Positions 40,421 through 52,992 are shown, numbered from the stretch's first letter. The stretch: DNA of 64,000 bases from Phoronis australis (GCA_002633005.1 NMRA01000679.1:127801-191800), one strand, 5' to 3'. Notes: generated by a model not told the origin, from the sequence alone. Numbers and translations: made by a program.

Positions 40421-41515
40421 TTAAATTCTGTTAGCGCTAACCCCTACAAAGTGTATATTTTCTGAAAGGTGACTAAATTTCCTAACAAAATCAAATTCAT
40501 TATTCTAATTTACTTGTCTCTGTTTTATTTTCCCAGAATATGCATTTTTAGTATATTTTAAAAATATTGTTCCTCTAATCATATTGGTCTTATAAACCTG
40601 TCGATAACGACATTTTCGAGTCCCATATTTTTGAAATAGGTCTCAGTTTTTTAATTATCCACTTTTTAGAGCATTTTTGAGCAAAAACAGACATACTCTT
40701 GATTTTTGAGGGCTTTGTTTTGAAAAACTAGGACCAAAATCAATATTCTGAGAAACTGTTCCTTTTGGAATGTATCAAACAACAAGTCTTCGAAATTTCA
40801 TAGCAATATGTTTATGAAATGAACTCCAAAATCGCAACACGAGAGATTGGCGGTGATCAAGAAGTGCACATTTGACATCATATCAGAACTTGCAGGAGTT
40901 TCTTTACTGTTACAGCTAGTAATATTCAGCTATAAGTAGCATATTTATAATTTCAACATATGATAAATTTAGGTAATGCACAATGCAGAAATTTAGTAAT
41001 AATCGTTCAGTTTGAACGACCTAATCGAGTCTGCCAAATGCTCAGAATCACATTATTAACTGGGCGGAGTTTACGTTGTTTAGCTGGACTAGGTCAACGC
41101 GGCTTTATCTTGAGTTGGTACAACGTGGACGTGGTATAAATAAAATAGAGAACAGAAACATGGAGAATTTTCAAAGAGCACTGAAAGGAATACTGACAGA
41201 ATTGTGCAGTGAGTTTGGTCAAGAAATGACAGCTCTGGGATGAGATTTAGCCATGATTTTATGTTGCTGGTGTGCCGACCACACACCATCAGAAGATGTG
41301 CCAACCACGAACCCTGAAGCCACGAGTCTCAGAGATGACTCACTTAGATTCTACAGTCAGTGTGGCAAAGGACTCTGTAGTGTATAGACCTATTTACTAG
41401 TATTTCCGTATTATATGTAGTTATCATCTTCTAACAAGAAATGTACGTGTTATACCAATTTACTGTGTTACCACCTACATAACAATTGGCGACGAGGATA
41501 AAGCAGAACTTCATA

Positions 41516-42400
41516 ATGGCTCAACATTTTCACGTGCCTGTAACGCCAACTTACTGGCCCTCTGGACTGGACACTCCATCTCTCAAATTTGAACAGTTCC
41601 TTGAAATGCTAGAGCACTACTTCGTATTGACGGACGCTTATCAAAAGGAAGGCAACCACCTCTCCCATCAACAAAAAAATATGCTACTACCATCCTTTCT
41701 GGGACCTACGGCTATTGCCCAATTGGATGCCCATCCCAATGGCAAAATGTACAAATCAGCCGATACTACATATACAGTGTATGTGATGGTGACCAAGGAG
41801 ATTTTCGGCCGACCGGTAAATCGGGTAAGGTCACACTTCGATTTTGACAATAGATCTCAGTTACCGAATGAGTCCGTCTCCGAATTCCTACAAGCACTGC
41901 GCTCACTACAGTGTGATCGTGACTTTAAGGGAAACCCGGACTATTTTCTGGCTATCCAGTTTGTTCAGGGATTGTACAACAAAGAGGCTCAAACTCGCAT
42001 TCTTCAAGAAAAGGACATTGATTTAGCTCATTTTATTGACATTGCCAGAACAAGGAGACTACCCAGCAAACCTCCAAGGTTTTAAGTGGACAGCATGGTG
42101 TTACTCATCCTCAAGTGGCTGCAGCTAAAAGAAGGCCCCACACCCATACTGGCCACAAACCACAGCAGCATCATCAAAGACAGCACCCTAAACAAAAACA
42201 TCCTACTCCACAAAGTAAAACCTGTTATTGCTGTGGTTCCAAGGACCACCTGGCTAATAGCTAGGAGTGCCCAGCCGTATAGGCTACATGTCGTAACTGT
42301 CACAGAACTGGACATTATGACCACTATTGCATGCAGAAAGGCTCCAGTGGTAAACAAATCAACACCATCACTCGGGCTAATACCACAGCTCCTGGAAAGG
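41516..42400 (+). pseudogene. gag of Gypsy element, frameshifted, with two zinc knuckles
   Basis: MAQHFHVP...RSQLPNESVSEFLQALRSL; CYCCGSKDHLANS*EC and CRNCHRTGHYDHYC at about 42223-42330. Confidence 0.85.
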
Positions 42401-45290
42401 ATGATTTTACATGTGATCTCCAATTAGTCACTCCTGCTGGTGTTTGACAGATCTACGTTACTCCCAACCAGTGTGCGCCTATTGCTGGAAAAATGCCATC
42501 ACTGCTTTACAGTTAGTCACACTGGATGGCCCTATGCAATCAGTTCAAGCCGTTACTACAAGCTGTCGCATCCGCGATGACTGCGTTTGTCTGCTAAGCA
42601 AATACACTACACTTACAGAATCTACCATTGGCTTGTTTCCTGATTTTGCACACACCATACAACTGCAACCCAATGTTGTGTCTACACGTGCCTCCCTGCG
42701 GCCAATACCATATTACCGCCACGCAGAAGCTGCAAAAACCATTGACCAAACGGAAGCGCAAGGGATATGGTCCAAAATCCAGCCACACGAACGACCCTTG
42801 TGGCAACACCCGCTGGTAACTGTGGATAAACCGGATGGTTCCGTGCGCATTACTACTGACCTGACAGGCCTGAATCGTCGAGTCATACCATCTCGATTTC
42901 CCCTTCCCGTCATAAGCGATGTCATCCAGGATTTGCAAGGCGCCAAGTATTACAATTGATATTTGGTGGGGTTACTTTAATACGTTGCTCGATGCTGAGA
43001 ATCGTCTGCTTATTACTACAATTACACCCAAGGGTTTGTATGCCTACAACCGCCTGCCTATGGGTCTTACAGACAGTGCTGCAGTTTTCCAGTACCTCAT
43101 TTCTAACATTGTAAGTGGCCTTCCTGGGTGCAAGGCCTACATGGACGACATTGCGGTCATGGGTCACACGTGGGACGAACTGTACCACAATCTCGACAAC
43201 CTATTACAACGGTTGAGTGACAACAACCTACGTGTCAACCCCAAGAAATGCGTCATTGGTGTCAAAGAGTTACCATACTTGGGTTACATTGTCTCCCACA
43301 ACAAAGTGAAACCCGACCCTGCAAACCTTGCCGCGGTGCGTAATGCACCTGTTCCGACGTCTGAAAGACGCGCAAGGATTCCTAGGTTTACTCAACTACT
43401 ACAAAGGTTTCTTGGACCATTTTGTTGAGATTTCAGAGCCACTCCATGCCCTCACACGAAACAATGTAAAGTTTGTGTGGTCTGCACAGTGCCAACAGGC
43501 GTTTGACACGCTAAAAGCCATGCTGTATCAGAACTTGGAACTACACCTTTTTAACCCTACATGCGACATCATCCTCTCCACTGAGGCGTCTGATGTCAGC
43601 CTTGGTGCTGCGCTGTCACAAATCCAAAACAGAAAGGAAGTGCCCATTCTGTTTGGCAGCAAAACACTCGATGAGCGCCAGCACTCCTATGCAGTAAATG
43701 AGCGTGAAGCCCTTGCCGTCGCTCACTTCTCGGAGTACTGGGAGAAGTTCTTGCTAGGACGACATTTCACAATTTGCACAGACCACTCAGCACGTGCGTC
43801 AATGCTGAGTCAAACTGGCACAGGCAGAAAACACGGTAAATTCATCAGTTGGAATGACCGCCTTGCCGTTTTCAATTATACCCTAGAGTACAGAAAAGGA
43901 CAAGACAATGTTCCCGCTGACTATTTAAGTCGCTTAACTACAAAAAGTGACGCAGTCGCTGGGGTCAATGACCACTCCGTCAAAGCTATCATCACTATTG
44001 CGAGTAATGATGGTTTTTCATTAGACGCCATTCGCTCTGCCTGCAGCAGACCCCACTTATGAATTGCTCACCAGTTATGTATGCAATGGATGGCCTTCCA
44101 GAACAAACCTGTCTCCGGCTCTACAACGTTTCAACCAAGTTCGTAGCGAACTGTCTCTAGAAGATGGTTACTTGGTACGGGACAGCTCCGACAACCCTGC
44201 TATTACATGCATTGTTGCACCTACGAGCCTCCGGCAGCAAATCCTACAGATGGCACATGTAGGCCACCCCGGCATTCGCCGGATGAAACACAAACTACGT
44301 GAAGCCTACTGGTTGCCTGGGATGGATAAGGAAGAGGAACATTCAGTGCGATATTGTACTGTGTGCCAGGATTCCAATAAATCTGTACCAGCATACCACA
44401 TACCCTCGACTGCCATACCACCGCCAACCCAGCCCTGGAAAAAGATCGGCATCAACATCACTGTACCTTTTGCCACTGCACCTCCGAACAAACGTATCAT
44501 ACTAGCTGCCATCGACTACCATTCGTCATTCCCCTTCATTCTCAGCACGGGCGACATTACCACTGCTACCGTTATCCGCTGGCTGCGCAATCTTTTTTCA
44601 ACTTTTGGCAACCCCGACATACTTGTATCTGACCACGGCCCACAGTGAGCTACGATTTTGAGGTGTTCCTCCGCAACAGAGACATTTTCCACGAAGACAT
44701 TGCAGTCTATCACCCACGACAAAATGGCAAAATTGAAGTTTTCAACCGTTATTTAAAGAACGGCATACAAACCAAGAGTGATGACATTCCGCGGGACCAA
44801 CACCTATAGAGAATTTACTGGCTCATTTTCGGGGCTACATCTGCTCCGCCGCGAACTGCCAACAGCCCAGCCAAACTCTTCTTGAACCACAAATTTCGAC
44901 TTGCCTACGAGGTTGTTCGGATGGATCCCTCGTGGAGGGGAGCGCGTTCCAGTCTTCTCTGAGGAGAAGCGCGAGTCCGCTCGCCCAAAACCTACACCAG
45001 TTACACATAGAGGACCCTACAAAACTGGCGATTCCGTACACGTGAAGAAACCGCGTACTACCAAGGGATTATTACCATGGTCAGCCCCTCTCAAAGTTGT
45101 CGACTGCATTGGCAACTGGACGTATCGCTTTTCAGACGGTCAGCTTTGGAATGCCCAGCGCATGCGAAAGGTTTTCGAGGAGGCACCCGATACCTGCTAC
45201 AACTTCGCATGTTACCATGACCATTTTGACGTGCCTCGGCGATCGTTCCGCTCCAACAGAGGACTGCCACCAACTCGATTTCCGCACTAA
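42401..45290 (+). pseudogene. pol (partial protease, RT, RNase H, integrase) of Gypsy element, multiple frameshifts
   Basis: RT LPMGL...YMDD; RH TEASDVSLGAAL...EREALA...TDH...ADYLSR; IN H-x-GHPG...CTVCQ, SDHGPQ*. Confidence 0.92.
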
Positions 45291-45817
45291 CGCTTGATGA
45301 GCGGGGGGAGATTGGTGTGCCGACCACACACCATCAGAAGATGTGCCAACCACGAACATTGAAGTCATGAGTCTCAGAGATGACTCATTTAGATTCTTAA
45401 GTCAGTGTGGCAAAGGACTCTGTAGTGTATAGACCTATTTACTAGTATTTCTGTATTATATGTAGTTATCATCTTCCAACAAGCAATATACGTGTTATAC
45501 CAATTTACTGTGTTACCACCTACATAACAGTTGCTACTTAGAACCACTTTCACATTGCGAAATAGAGCTATAACCCTGACTGTTGGTTTCCGTTCTTGTA
45601 CAAATCAAGTTTGCAGAAATGTGAACTTTCACTCATTTCATCGGAGACACTTGAGGGTCTTCATTCAGCGAGTTCACTGATGCAATAAATCGTAACCTCT
45701 GCCAACTATGCTTGCAAATATAAACTATCATGGGATATTGGCGAGCTGCAGGTCACCAAATTGAGCACTGATTATATTTCAAATATACCCAACAAAAGAC
45801 ACTTATATAAACAATAC

Positions 45818-45982
45818 CTCTTTTAAGCAGGTCAGTATTTCATCATTGTCACCATCAAAGGCTGCTTCAAGAATTCGTTTGAAGCGCCTCCTCTGCTCTG
45901 CTTTTCTTCGTCGCTCCGCAGCATCCTTCTCAGCTTCACGTATTGCCTCTTCTTGCTGCATCTTTGCTATCTTGATAAAGGC
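45818..45982 (-). CDS. IQANK1: IQANK1-like exon 3 (coiled coil; AFIKIAKMQQ...LEAAFDGDNDEILTCLKE)
   Basis: Acceptor TCCAG|GCC, donor GAG|GTATT; 165 nt, phase 0-0. Confidence 0.9.
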
Positions 45983-46178
45983 CTGGATTTGAAAACAAAC
46001 TATGTTAGAACAAAGCAATGTCTAGCCTCTTTCAATACAATCAAAGTTCAGTAAGCTAACTTCTTCCCTTCCTTTGATTCATGCACCATGGGTTTTACAC
46101 TATCTTACAACGGCTTTGTTCCAGAAATGGATATTTTTCAAAATTGAATTTTATGTATTAATTTCAAAATACCAGTAC

Positions 46179-46378
46179 CTCACGTTCCAGTTTTTCCATA
46201 AGTTCTTCATAATCCTTTTTCTCTTTCTTCATTCTTTGAATACGACACTTAGCAAGGAATCTACGAACCAAGCACTGTATTTTAAGCATAGCATCATCTT
46301 TCTTTGTCCAGGCTGGCTTAGCAACTGTTTCAGACTTTTTAGCACCAGTCCTTTCTGAAGCTTTGCTGTTTGTACTTC
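46179..46378 (-). CDS. IQANK1: IQANK1-like exon 2 with IQ motif (IQCLVRRFLAKCRIQRMK)
   Basis: Acceptor TGCAG|GA, donor GAG|GTACT; 200 nt; translates GSTNSKASERTGAKKSETVAKPAWTKKDDAMLKIQCLVRRFLAKCRIQRMKKEKKDYEELMEKLERE. Not in the ORF track. Confidence 0.9.
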
Positions 46379-47220
46379 CTGCATTGAAGGAATTTCATAA
46401 ATTCACAAGCAGTTTTCAAACGTAACAATCAATTCATCTTCAGCTTATATTGTAAATGCATTCTATAAACACTGGCAGAAAGGCAAATCTCTTGGAAATA
46501 CAACTTTACCTCCACAAAAGTGCTAATACTTTCAACACCAAACATACAATCCCTCCAACAAAGAATGGTACCAAAACCAGCTGAGTATCCCGATATAAAG
46601 TAAAACAAAACAACAAAAACAAAAAACAACTGCCTGTGTTCTCAAAGACCCAACAGCTACAGACTGACCTGTGTTGGGTAGTTTTTGAAATTAAAAGCAT
46701 CTAAATGTCACCTGTTATGCTAATTAGCTCAAACTTCATTGGGACATAAATGGCTAATTAGGTGGCTTCGCAACTAAAAAATTTGTATAAACCTTGAAGT
46801 ATCCAACAACACCACCAACTTCAAACAAGACCAACGCGGAGCGTTGAAATGTGCCAACGAATGCAGCGCAAACGGGGTACTCCTAGGAAGGGTTGTTTAT
46901 TTGTATCATAAAATGGCCACTAAATGATGCAAACACATCCAATCCATCAAAAAACAGGAACATGCCATCACTTCTTAATAGAAAGCTATTTACCAAATTG
47001 CATACAAATCTGCCACGCAACTTCAGGGAAACAAAAGAAAATGGAAAAAATGAAATGTCCACTAGGGGGCACAGCCTTCATTAGATCCACCAAAAAGTCG
47101 TCGTCTTTTGTTAGCTTCAAATAAATACACTTACTAAATTTAATAAAGATCCTGCAATGGGTTTAGAAGATACAGCAATGGGCGCAAAACAAAACAAAAC
47201 AACCACTAAGAGGCGTCACA

Positions 47221-47480
47221 TCAAAGGGTGACTTTTTGATAGCTGGCGACTTTAATGTCAATTTACTACAAACTTTCAATAATACAAAATTTGGTAATTT
47301 TTTGACCACATGTTAAACCTGTCTCTTCTTCCTGAGATAAACTTTCCTACTTGTCTCACCAACAACAGGTGTACTCTTATTCACCAAATTTATACAAAAT
47401 TCTATCCAACCACGAACATGTCTGAGGCTGGTATAGTGTACTTTATCGAACCATTTCCCATAATTTGTGTCTGTCAATAT
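47221..47480 (+). pseudogene. APE endonuclease fragment of a CR1/L2-type LINE
   Basis: SKGDFLIAGDFNVNLL...INFPTCLTNNRCTLIHQIYT...SNHFPI corresponds to the GDFN / PTR..TLID / SDH motifs. Confidence 0.75.
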
Positions 47481-47481
47481 T

Positions 47482-48720
47482 AACTAGAAAGATTATTGTC
47501 ACAGGGTGACAATAATGGACTCTGCGTGTGCGTATTACTGGAATTATTATGGGAAGTTACTGACAGCAACCTGTTTACCAATATGAAAAGGAATTCTTTA
47601 AAATTGTAGGAGAAATTACTTATTAATTTTTTGATGACCTTTTCACTAATTGACCTCTTTTGGTGCATTATGAGCCCCGATGAGGCAGTAATTGCTAACT
47701 CGATTAAAAGTGTGGTTAATGTTAAAAATCACAGATGTTTTACTTTAAGCACTTCAGAATACAAGATGAATGAATTGGTCAAACTTTCAGAAGAAAAATG
47801 CACCTAATGACCCCATGGGTGCACCAAATTACCCGAAAATTTAGAATTTAAACTCAATCGCACTTAGTAGTAAACAGATATGTAATTTTGAAGTCTCTAG
47901 CTCAAAATTTTAGTTTGCACTCAATAACCTTTGACCTATTTTTCTGATTGGTTAGGCCTATTGCAAAGAAAAGTAGGGTATTCAATTGCCGTTTTGACTT
48001 ACACCAGTGTGCTAAAATTGAAACGAATTCCTTGAAAAACGTAAGATATAACATTTTGAACGTTACATGACCTTTGCACTAATTGACCCTATCCGGTGCA
48101 TTACAAGCGTCTTTAGGTGAATCATTGCAAAGCCCATGGAAAATGTTTCATGCTGAGAATCACAGTTGCCTAACAGTTGACACATCACAATACTTGCTGA
48201 TTGAAAAGGTCAAATTTTCAGAAGAAAAATGCACCTAATGACCCCATGTTTGCACTAAATGACCTGAAACTTTGGATTCCGAATTGAATTACCTGTACCA
48301 ATCAGAAATGTGAATTTGAAGTGTCTAGCTCAAAATTTTAGTTTGCACCTTTGACCTATTTAACCTGATTGGTTGACCTGATTACTTAGAAAAGTAATTT
48401 TTTGAATTGTCATGTTGACTTATACCTGTGCACCGAATTTGAAAAAGATAGCTTTAAAACTGGAAGAGTAGCATTTTGAAAACTATATGACCTTTGCACC
48501 AAACAACCCCTTCCGGTGCATTATGGAATATCATTATATAATGAATCAAAATTTATGTACTGTCAAGTCATATGCTGAATTTAAACAACGTTCCTGCACC
48601 CAATTTGGAGTTATTAAGCCTCAAAGTTGGTCGGAAGAAGCATAAGAAGAATAAGAATAAGAATAAAATTGAAGAAAACCCAGGAACAACAGTACTCTGC
48701 GCTTGTATGCGCAGAGTAAT
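47482..48720 (+). mobile_element. HINE/DINE-like element, family 2
   Basis: 5' AACTAGAAAG with hairpin ATTATTGTCAC-AGG-GTGACAATAAT and subTIR ACTCTGCG; about 430-bp internal tandem repeat (47786 vs 48217); (AAGAAT)n; 3' hairpin TACTCTGCGC-TTGTAT-GCGCAGAGTA. Confidence 0.75.
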
Positions 48721-49663
48721 TACAAAAGTAAACCTCATTAACCTAAATTTATTCAGATAAAAGTCAGTCAAAAAAATCTCACGCCAATTTCAAAACTGAG
48801 AATACTTCCATTCCATCCGAAAACCAAAGGATAGTGGCACCTCATTAATAAGATTCCTACAGTCCAAGTTTAAAGAAAATCTGTTCAAGACCTTTAAAGA
48901 TACAGAGGTAAATGAAAAAAAAAACTTGCCACTAGAGGGCGCACCAGTGGTCAGATCCATCCGAAAGTCGTGGTTGTCTGTTGTCAACATCATATACGTA
49001 AATACACTTGCTAAATTTAACAAAGATCCTGCAGCAGGTTTAGGAGATAAAGCTATGGGCTCAAAAATGCCACTAGGAGGCGCCAGAGTAGTTGAAGTCA
49101 TCGGAAAATCATCATGAGGTGTCCTCTTCATAGTAAGAGCATACAAGCCAATTTCCACAATCATCCTTAAAGCGGTTTGGTTGATAGAAGAGTGAACGCC
49201 AAAAAACAGGTTCAAAAACAGTAAAAATGGCCACTAGGTGACGCAAACTATATTGAATCCTTCCGAAAACAGGATGATAACGTTATCTCACTAACAGATG
49301 CCTATATGCAAAATTTTATGAAAATCCGTTGAAACCTTTGAAGATACAAAGCTAAGCGTAAAAAACTAAAATTGCCACTAGGGGACACACCAGTAGTCCG
49401 ATCCATTCGAAAGTTGTCGTCGTCTATTGCCAACATCATACACTTGCTAAATTTAATAAAGATGCTTCAAACGGTTTATGAGATACAGCCATAGGTGCAA
49501 AAAAAACTGCCACTAGGAGGTTCCACAGTACTCAAAGTCGTTGGAAAATCATTATGAGCTATCCTCTTCATATTAAGAGCATACATGCCAATTTTCACCA
49601 TCATCCTTAAGAGCGGTTTGGTTGGTAAAGGGGTGGACGCCAAAAAACAGGCATAAAAACAGT

Positions 49664-50907
49664 AACAAGAGAAACACGGAGCGTTGAGATGCGCCCACGA
49701 ATGCATTGCAAATGGTGTACTTTTAAGGTTATTTATTTGTATCATAAAAATGGCCACTAGATGGCGCAAAAACATACAATCCATCCAAAAACAGGAACAT
49801 ACCATATTTCATAAAAATCTGTCGAGGAACTTCAGAGAAACAAAGGAAAACAGAATAAAATGAAATTGCCACTAGTGGGCACAGTGTCTGTTGGATCTGC
49901 CTGAAAGTCGTCGTCATCTGTTGTTATCTTCATATAAATACACTTACTAAATATAGTAAAGATCCTGCAGTGGGTTTAGGAGATACAACTATGGGTGCAA
50001 AACAAAACTACCACTAGGAGGCGCCACAGTAGTCAGTCACCATTATCAAAGGTGGTCTTCATACTGAGAACATACATGCCAATTTTCAAATGATTTGGTT
50101 GATACAGGGGTGGACGCCAAAAACAAGATTTGAAAACAGCAAAAACGGCCACTAGGTGGTGCAAAATACCTAGATTCCATCCAAAAACAGGAACATAGCG
50201 TCATCACACCAATAGATGCCTATATTTAAAATTTTATGAAAATCTGTTGAGGACCTTTGAAGATGCTGAGTGGAACATAAAAAACTAAAATTGCCACTAG
50301 GGATCTGTCCGAAAGTAGTCGTCATCTGTAGTCAACATCATGTAAATACACTTGCTTAAATTAAGTAAAGATCCTGCCAACGGTTTAGGAGATACAGACA
50401 TAGGTGCAAAAAAACAAAACTGCTACTAGGAGGCGTCACAGTAGCCAAAATCGAACCGTCCTCTTTATAGTAAGCACATACATGCCAATTTTCACAATCA
50501 TCCTTTTAGTGGTTTGGTTGTTAGAGGGGTGGACGCAAAAAACATACTCAAAAACAGTAAAAATGGCCACTAGGTGGCGCAAACTACGTCGAATCCATCC
50601 GAAAACGCAACAATAGCATCACCTCACTAATAGGTGCCTACATATCGAATTTCATGAAAATCCGTTCAGGACTTTTGAAGATACAAAGGTAAGCGTAAGA
50701 AACTAAAATTGCCACTAGGGGGCACACCGGTAGTCAGATCCGCCTGAAAGTTCGCTCATGATGTCCCATGAATAGAGCATATGTGCCAAATTTCGTGAAC
50801 GTATGTCAAAGGGTTTTGGAGATAGAGCAGCGGACGCCGGATGCCGCCCGGACGGATGGAGATGACGGCATAATGCGTCCACATATAAATATGTGGGCGC
50901 ATAAAAA
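49664..50907 (+). mobile_element. Complete HINE family 1 copy nested in another copy of the same family
   Basis: AACAAGAG...ATGCGCCCAC at the 5' end; GGACG-type microsatellite and hairpin ATGCGTCCACAT-ATAAAT-ATGTGGGCGCAT-AAAAA at the 3' end; flanks rejoin to the subunit sequence AAAACAGT^AAAAATGG. Confidence 0.8.
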
Positions 50908-52536
50908 TGGTTACTATAGGTGGCACACTACATCGAATCCATCTGAAAACAAGAGGATAGCATCATCTCACTAATAGATGCCTATATGCCAGATTTTATG
51001 AAAATACGTTGAGAACCTTTGAAGATACAGAGGTAAGCGTAAATAACTAAAATTGACACCAGCGGGCACGCCGTCATGCTGTCCCATTATAGGAACACGT
51101 GAAAAATTTCAAGAACAAACATTACAGGGTTTTGGAGATAGAGCAGCAGAGGCTAGACGGACCAAGATGACGGCATAATGCATCCATATCTACATATGTG
51201 GGACCATAAAAAATCTATGACATATATTTTAAAAAATCTGACACGGATTTGCCAGAAACTCATTTTTCATTACGACAAACAACTATAGTATGAACACATG
51301 ACAGCAGAGATGAAGGGTGTCGATTGTGGGTACACACTGAGCCAAGTGAGTTGTGTAGCTTACATCAGAAGCAGAGTAAATGCCAACATAGAGAAACTTG
51401 TAATATTAATTCACAATTGTGACAAGTTGACCACAGTTCAAACTGACATGATGATGGTCTGTAATTCAAATCATTTTGAGATTACCATTTAAATCACATA
51501 CATGTGCTTCTGCAGTTGTACTAGATCATTAGGTGGACAAGACAGAAATTCAAAGGCCCATGAAAATTTGGTTTATTTTGCATATTATACTGTCAGTGTG
51601 CTCCTAGAGTACTTTCTAGTTCTACTCATATCCTTGATGAGTTCAGTAGCAGCCCTTTGTTTACACAAACCTCGTTAAAAACACGATTAGACTTCTTGTT
51701 TGCAAGCTTGATACTGATAAGCTCATAGATTCCTTTCTTCAGGTGTGCAGCTATTTAGTAAAACACCAAGAAACATAACAAAATATACTTCAAAGAATCC
51801 ACATGTAAAAAATCACGTCTTTTTCTCTTCCCGTTTAAAATTGCACTCCAGCATGACTGAAAATGGGTCAACATGCGCCAGATCCGCCATCTTGAAAGCA
51901 ACTTCCGGTTTTTTGGCTTTGTATAATAGCATGTCATCAGAAACTAATACCTGTAAAAATTCGAAGGAATTGGTCTTATAATGCGCCCTCTACAGGATAA
52001 AACGTTTTTAGGCCAAAATCGAGGTGCGCATGCGCGATCACCGATATTTCCGTCATTTTTAACCAGAAGTAAACAATTTCCGGTACACTTGTAGAAAACT
52101 TCCGGTCCATTTACTGTGCCCATTCTTAGCCTTTTACGTAAAAAATTGTAGCCTCCAGAAGCATTTGAACCTCTAAATGAAAACAAAATGGCCGCCACAG
52201 CCGCCATCTTGGATCTGATTTTAATGAAAAACAATAGGCTTCCAGTACTTCCGGAAGTACGTGTTACGTGTAAATTTCGTGATGATCGGACGAAAATTGC
52301 GACCTGTATCGAGCGAACAAACAAAAAAAAAACAAACTTAGTGGAAGAGCAACATACCAAGTAATAAATTAAAACATTAACTACATTCTTAGGCTGCATG
52401 TCTAGGCATTATGTTTATTAATAATTAGCTGAGCTCACAAATCCAACTAAGAAGGAAGCCAACATCTTGGTAACCACGCCACCTATCAGTATCTACATAA
52501 CATTTCATCTCTCTCAATATAACCAAAAAATATCCA

Positions 52537-52992
52537 CTGTATTCGCCCCAATATCCGCCCATGCCCCTATAAGTACCCCCCCCGTTTTCAGACGTTGCTA
52601 AAATAAGCACTCAGTGCATGAACGCCGTGTACATGCGAAAAATGCCTTACAGTTCTAAAATTCTACAGTAACGTCTTCAATTTATCGATAAGATCTGAAA
52701 AACATCATTGTGTGCGGAATATGTAGAACACGAGCCTCGCTGCTATACACGTCAAACTTCCGCCGTGCTTCAAAAAGAACGCAAAAGTTTTGCTGACCTT
52801 GCAAGGGACGTGTCCTATAATGGTCTGGCCTTTCAGAACAGACGCAGTGTACTTGCCAACGGGATTGTACTGTATCTTTCCTGTACAGATCTCCCTCAAC
52901 GCGAATCCAAATTACTTTGTACAAGTGAAAACCGTGAATTGAAGACTAATAAGAAATTGACCTTTGTTAAAAGCACGTGGCCAGGAAGTGTG
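52537..52992 (-). mobile_element. Partial copy of the HIRAN-carrying CCGTA-TIR element
   Basis: Aligns with 3794-4260; minus strand SSIHGFHLYKVIWIRVEG...NPVGKYTASVLKGQTIIGHVPCKVSKTFAFFLKHGGSLTC. Confidence 0.7.

Larger units (their letters stand above)
37919..40680. repeat. About 445-bp tandem duplication whose second unit is split by a TTAA insertion
   Basis: 37919-38363 matches 38364-38538 plus 40425-40680. Confidence 0.8.
41268..45529 (+). mobile_element. Full-length decayed Ty3/Gypsy LTR retrotransposon (Mag-like), antisense to the host gene in intron 3
   Basis: 217-bp LTRs 41268-41484 and 45313-45529 (TG...CA); GTTGC TSD on both sides; PBS TGGCGACGAGGAT (41487-41499; complementary to the eukaryotic tRNA-Ser(GCT) 3' end); PPT GAGCGGGGGGAGA before the 3' LTR. 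Confidence 0.95.
46823..51213 (+). mobile_element. Compound HINE family 1 locus (outer copy interrupted by a LINE fragment, a family-2 HINE and an inner family-1 copy)
   Basis: 5' end AACAAGACCAACGCGGAGCGTTGAAATGTGCCAAC at 46823; 3' hairpin plus ATAAAAAA at about 51178-51213; subunits resume at 48790. Linking these pieces into one outer copy is inferred. Confidence 0.65.

Noticed and set aside
48790-50974. Similar short ORFs recurring at 680-994, 26194-26430, 48790-49215, 49476-49805 and 50404-50616 as a gene family
   Set aside because: They are chance translations of the HINE family 1 repeat, with inconsistent frames and strands.
48900-51070. Regularly spaced short conserved motif resembling a CRISPR array
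   Set aside because: The intervening sequences are homologous in a three-subunit period, spacing is about 140-160 bp, no cas genes are present and the context is a eukaryotic intron; it is a HINE tandem core.
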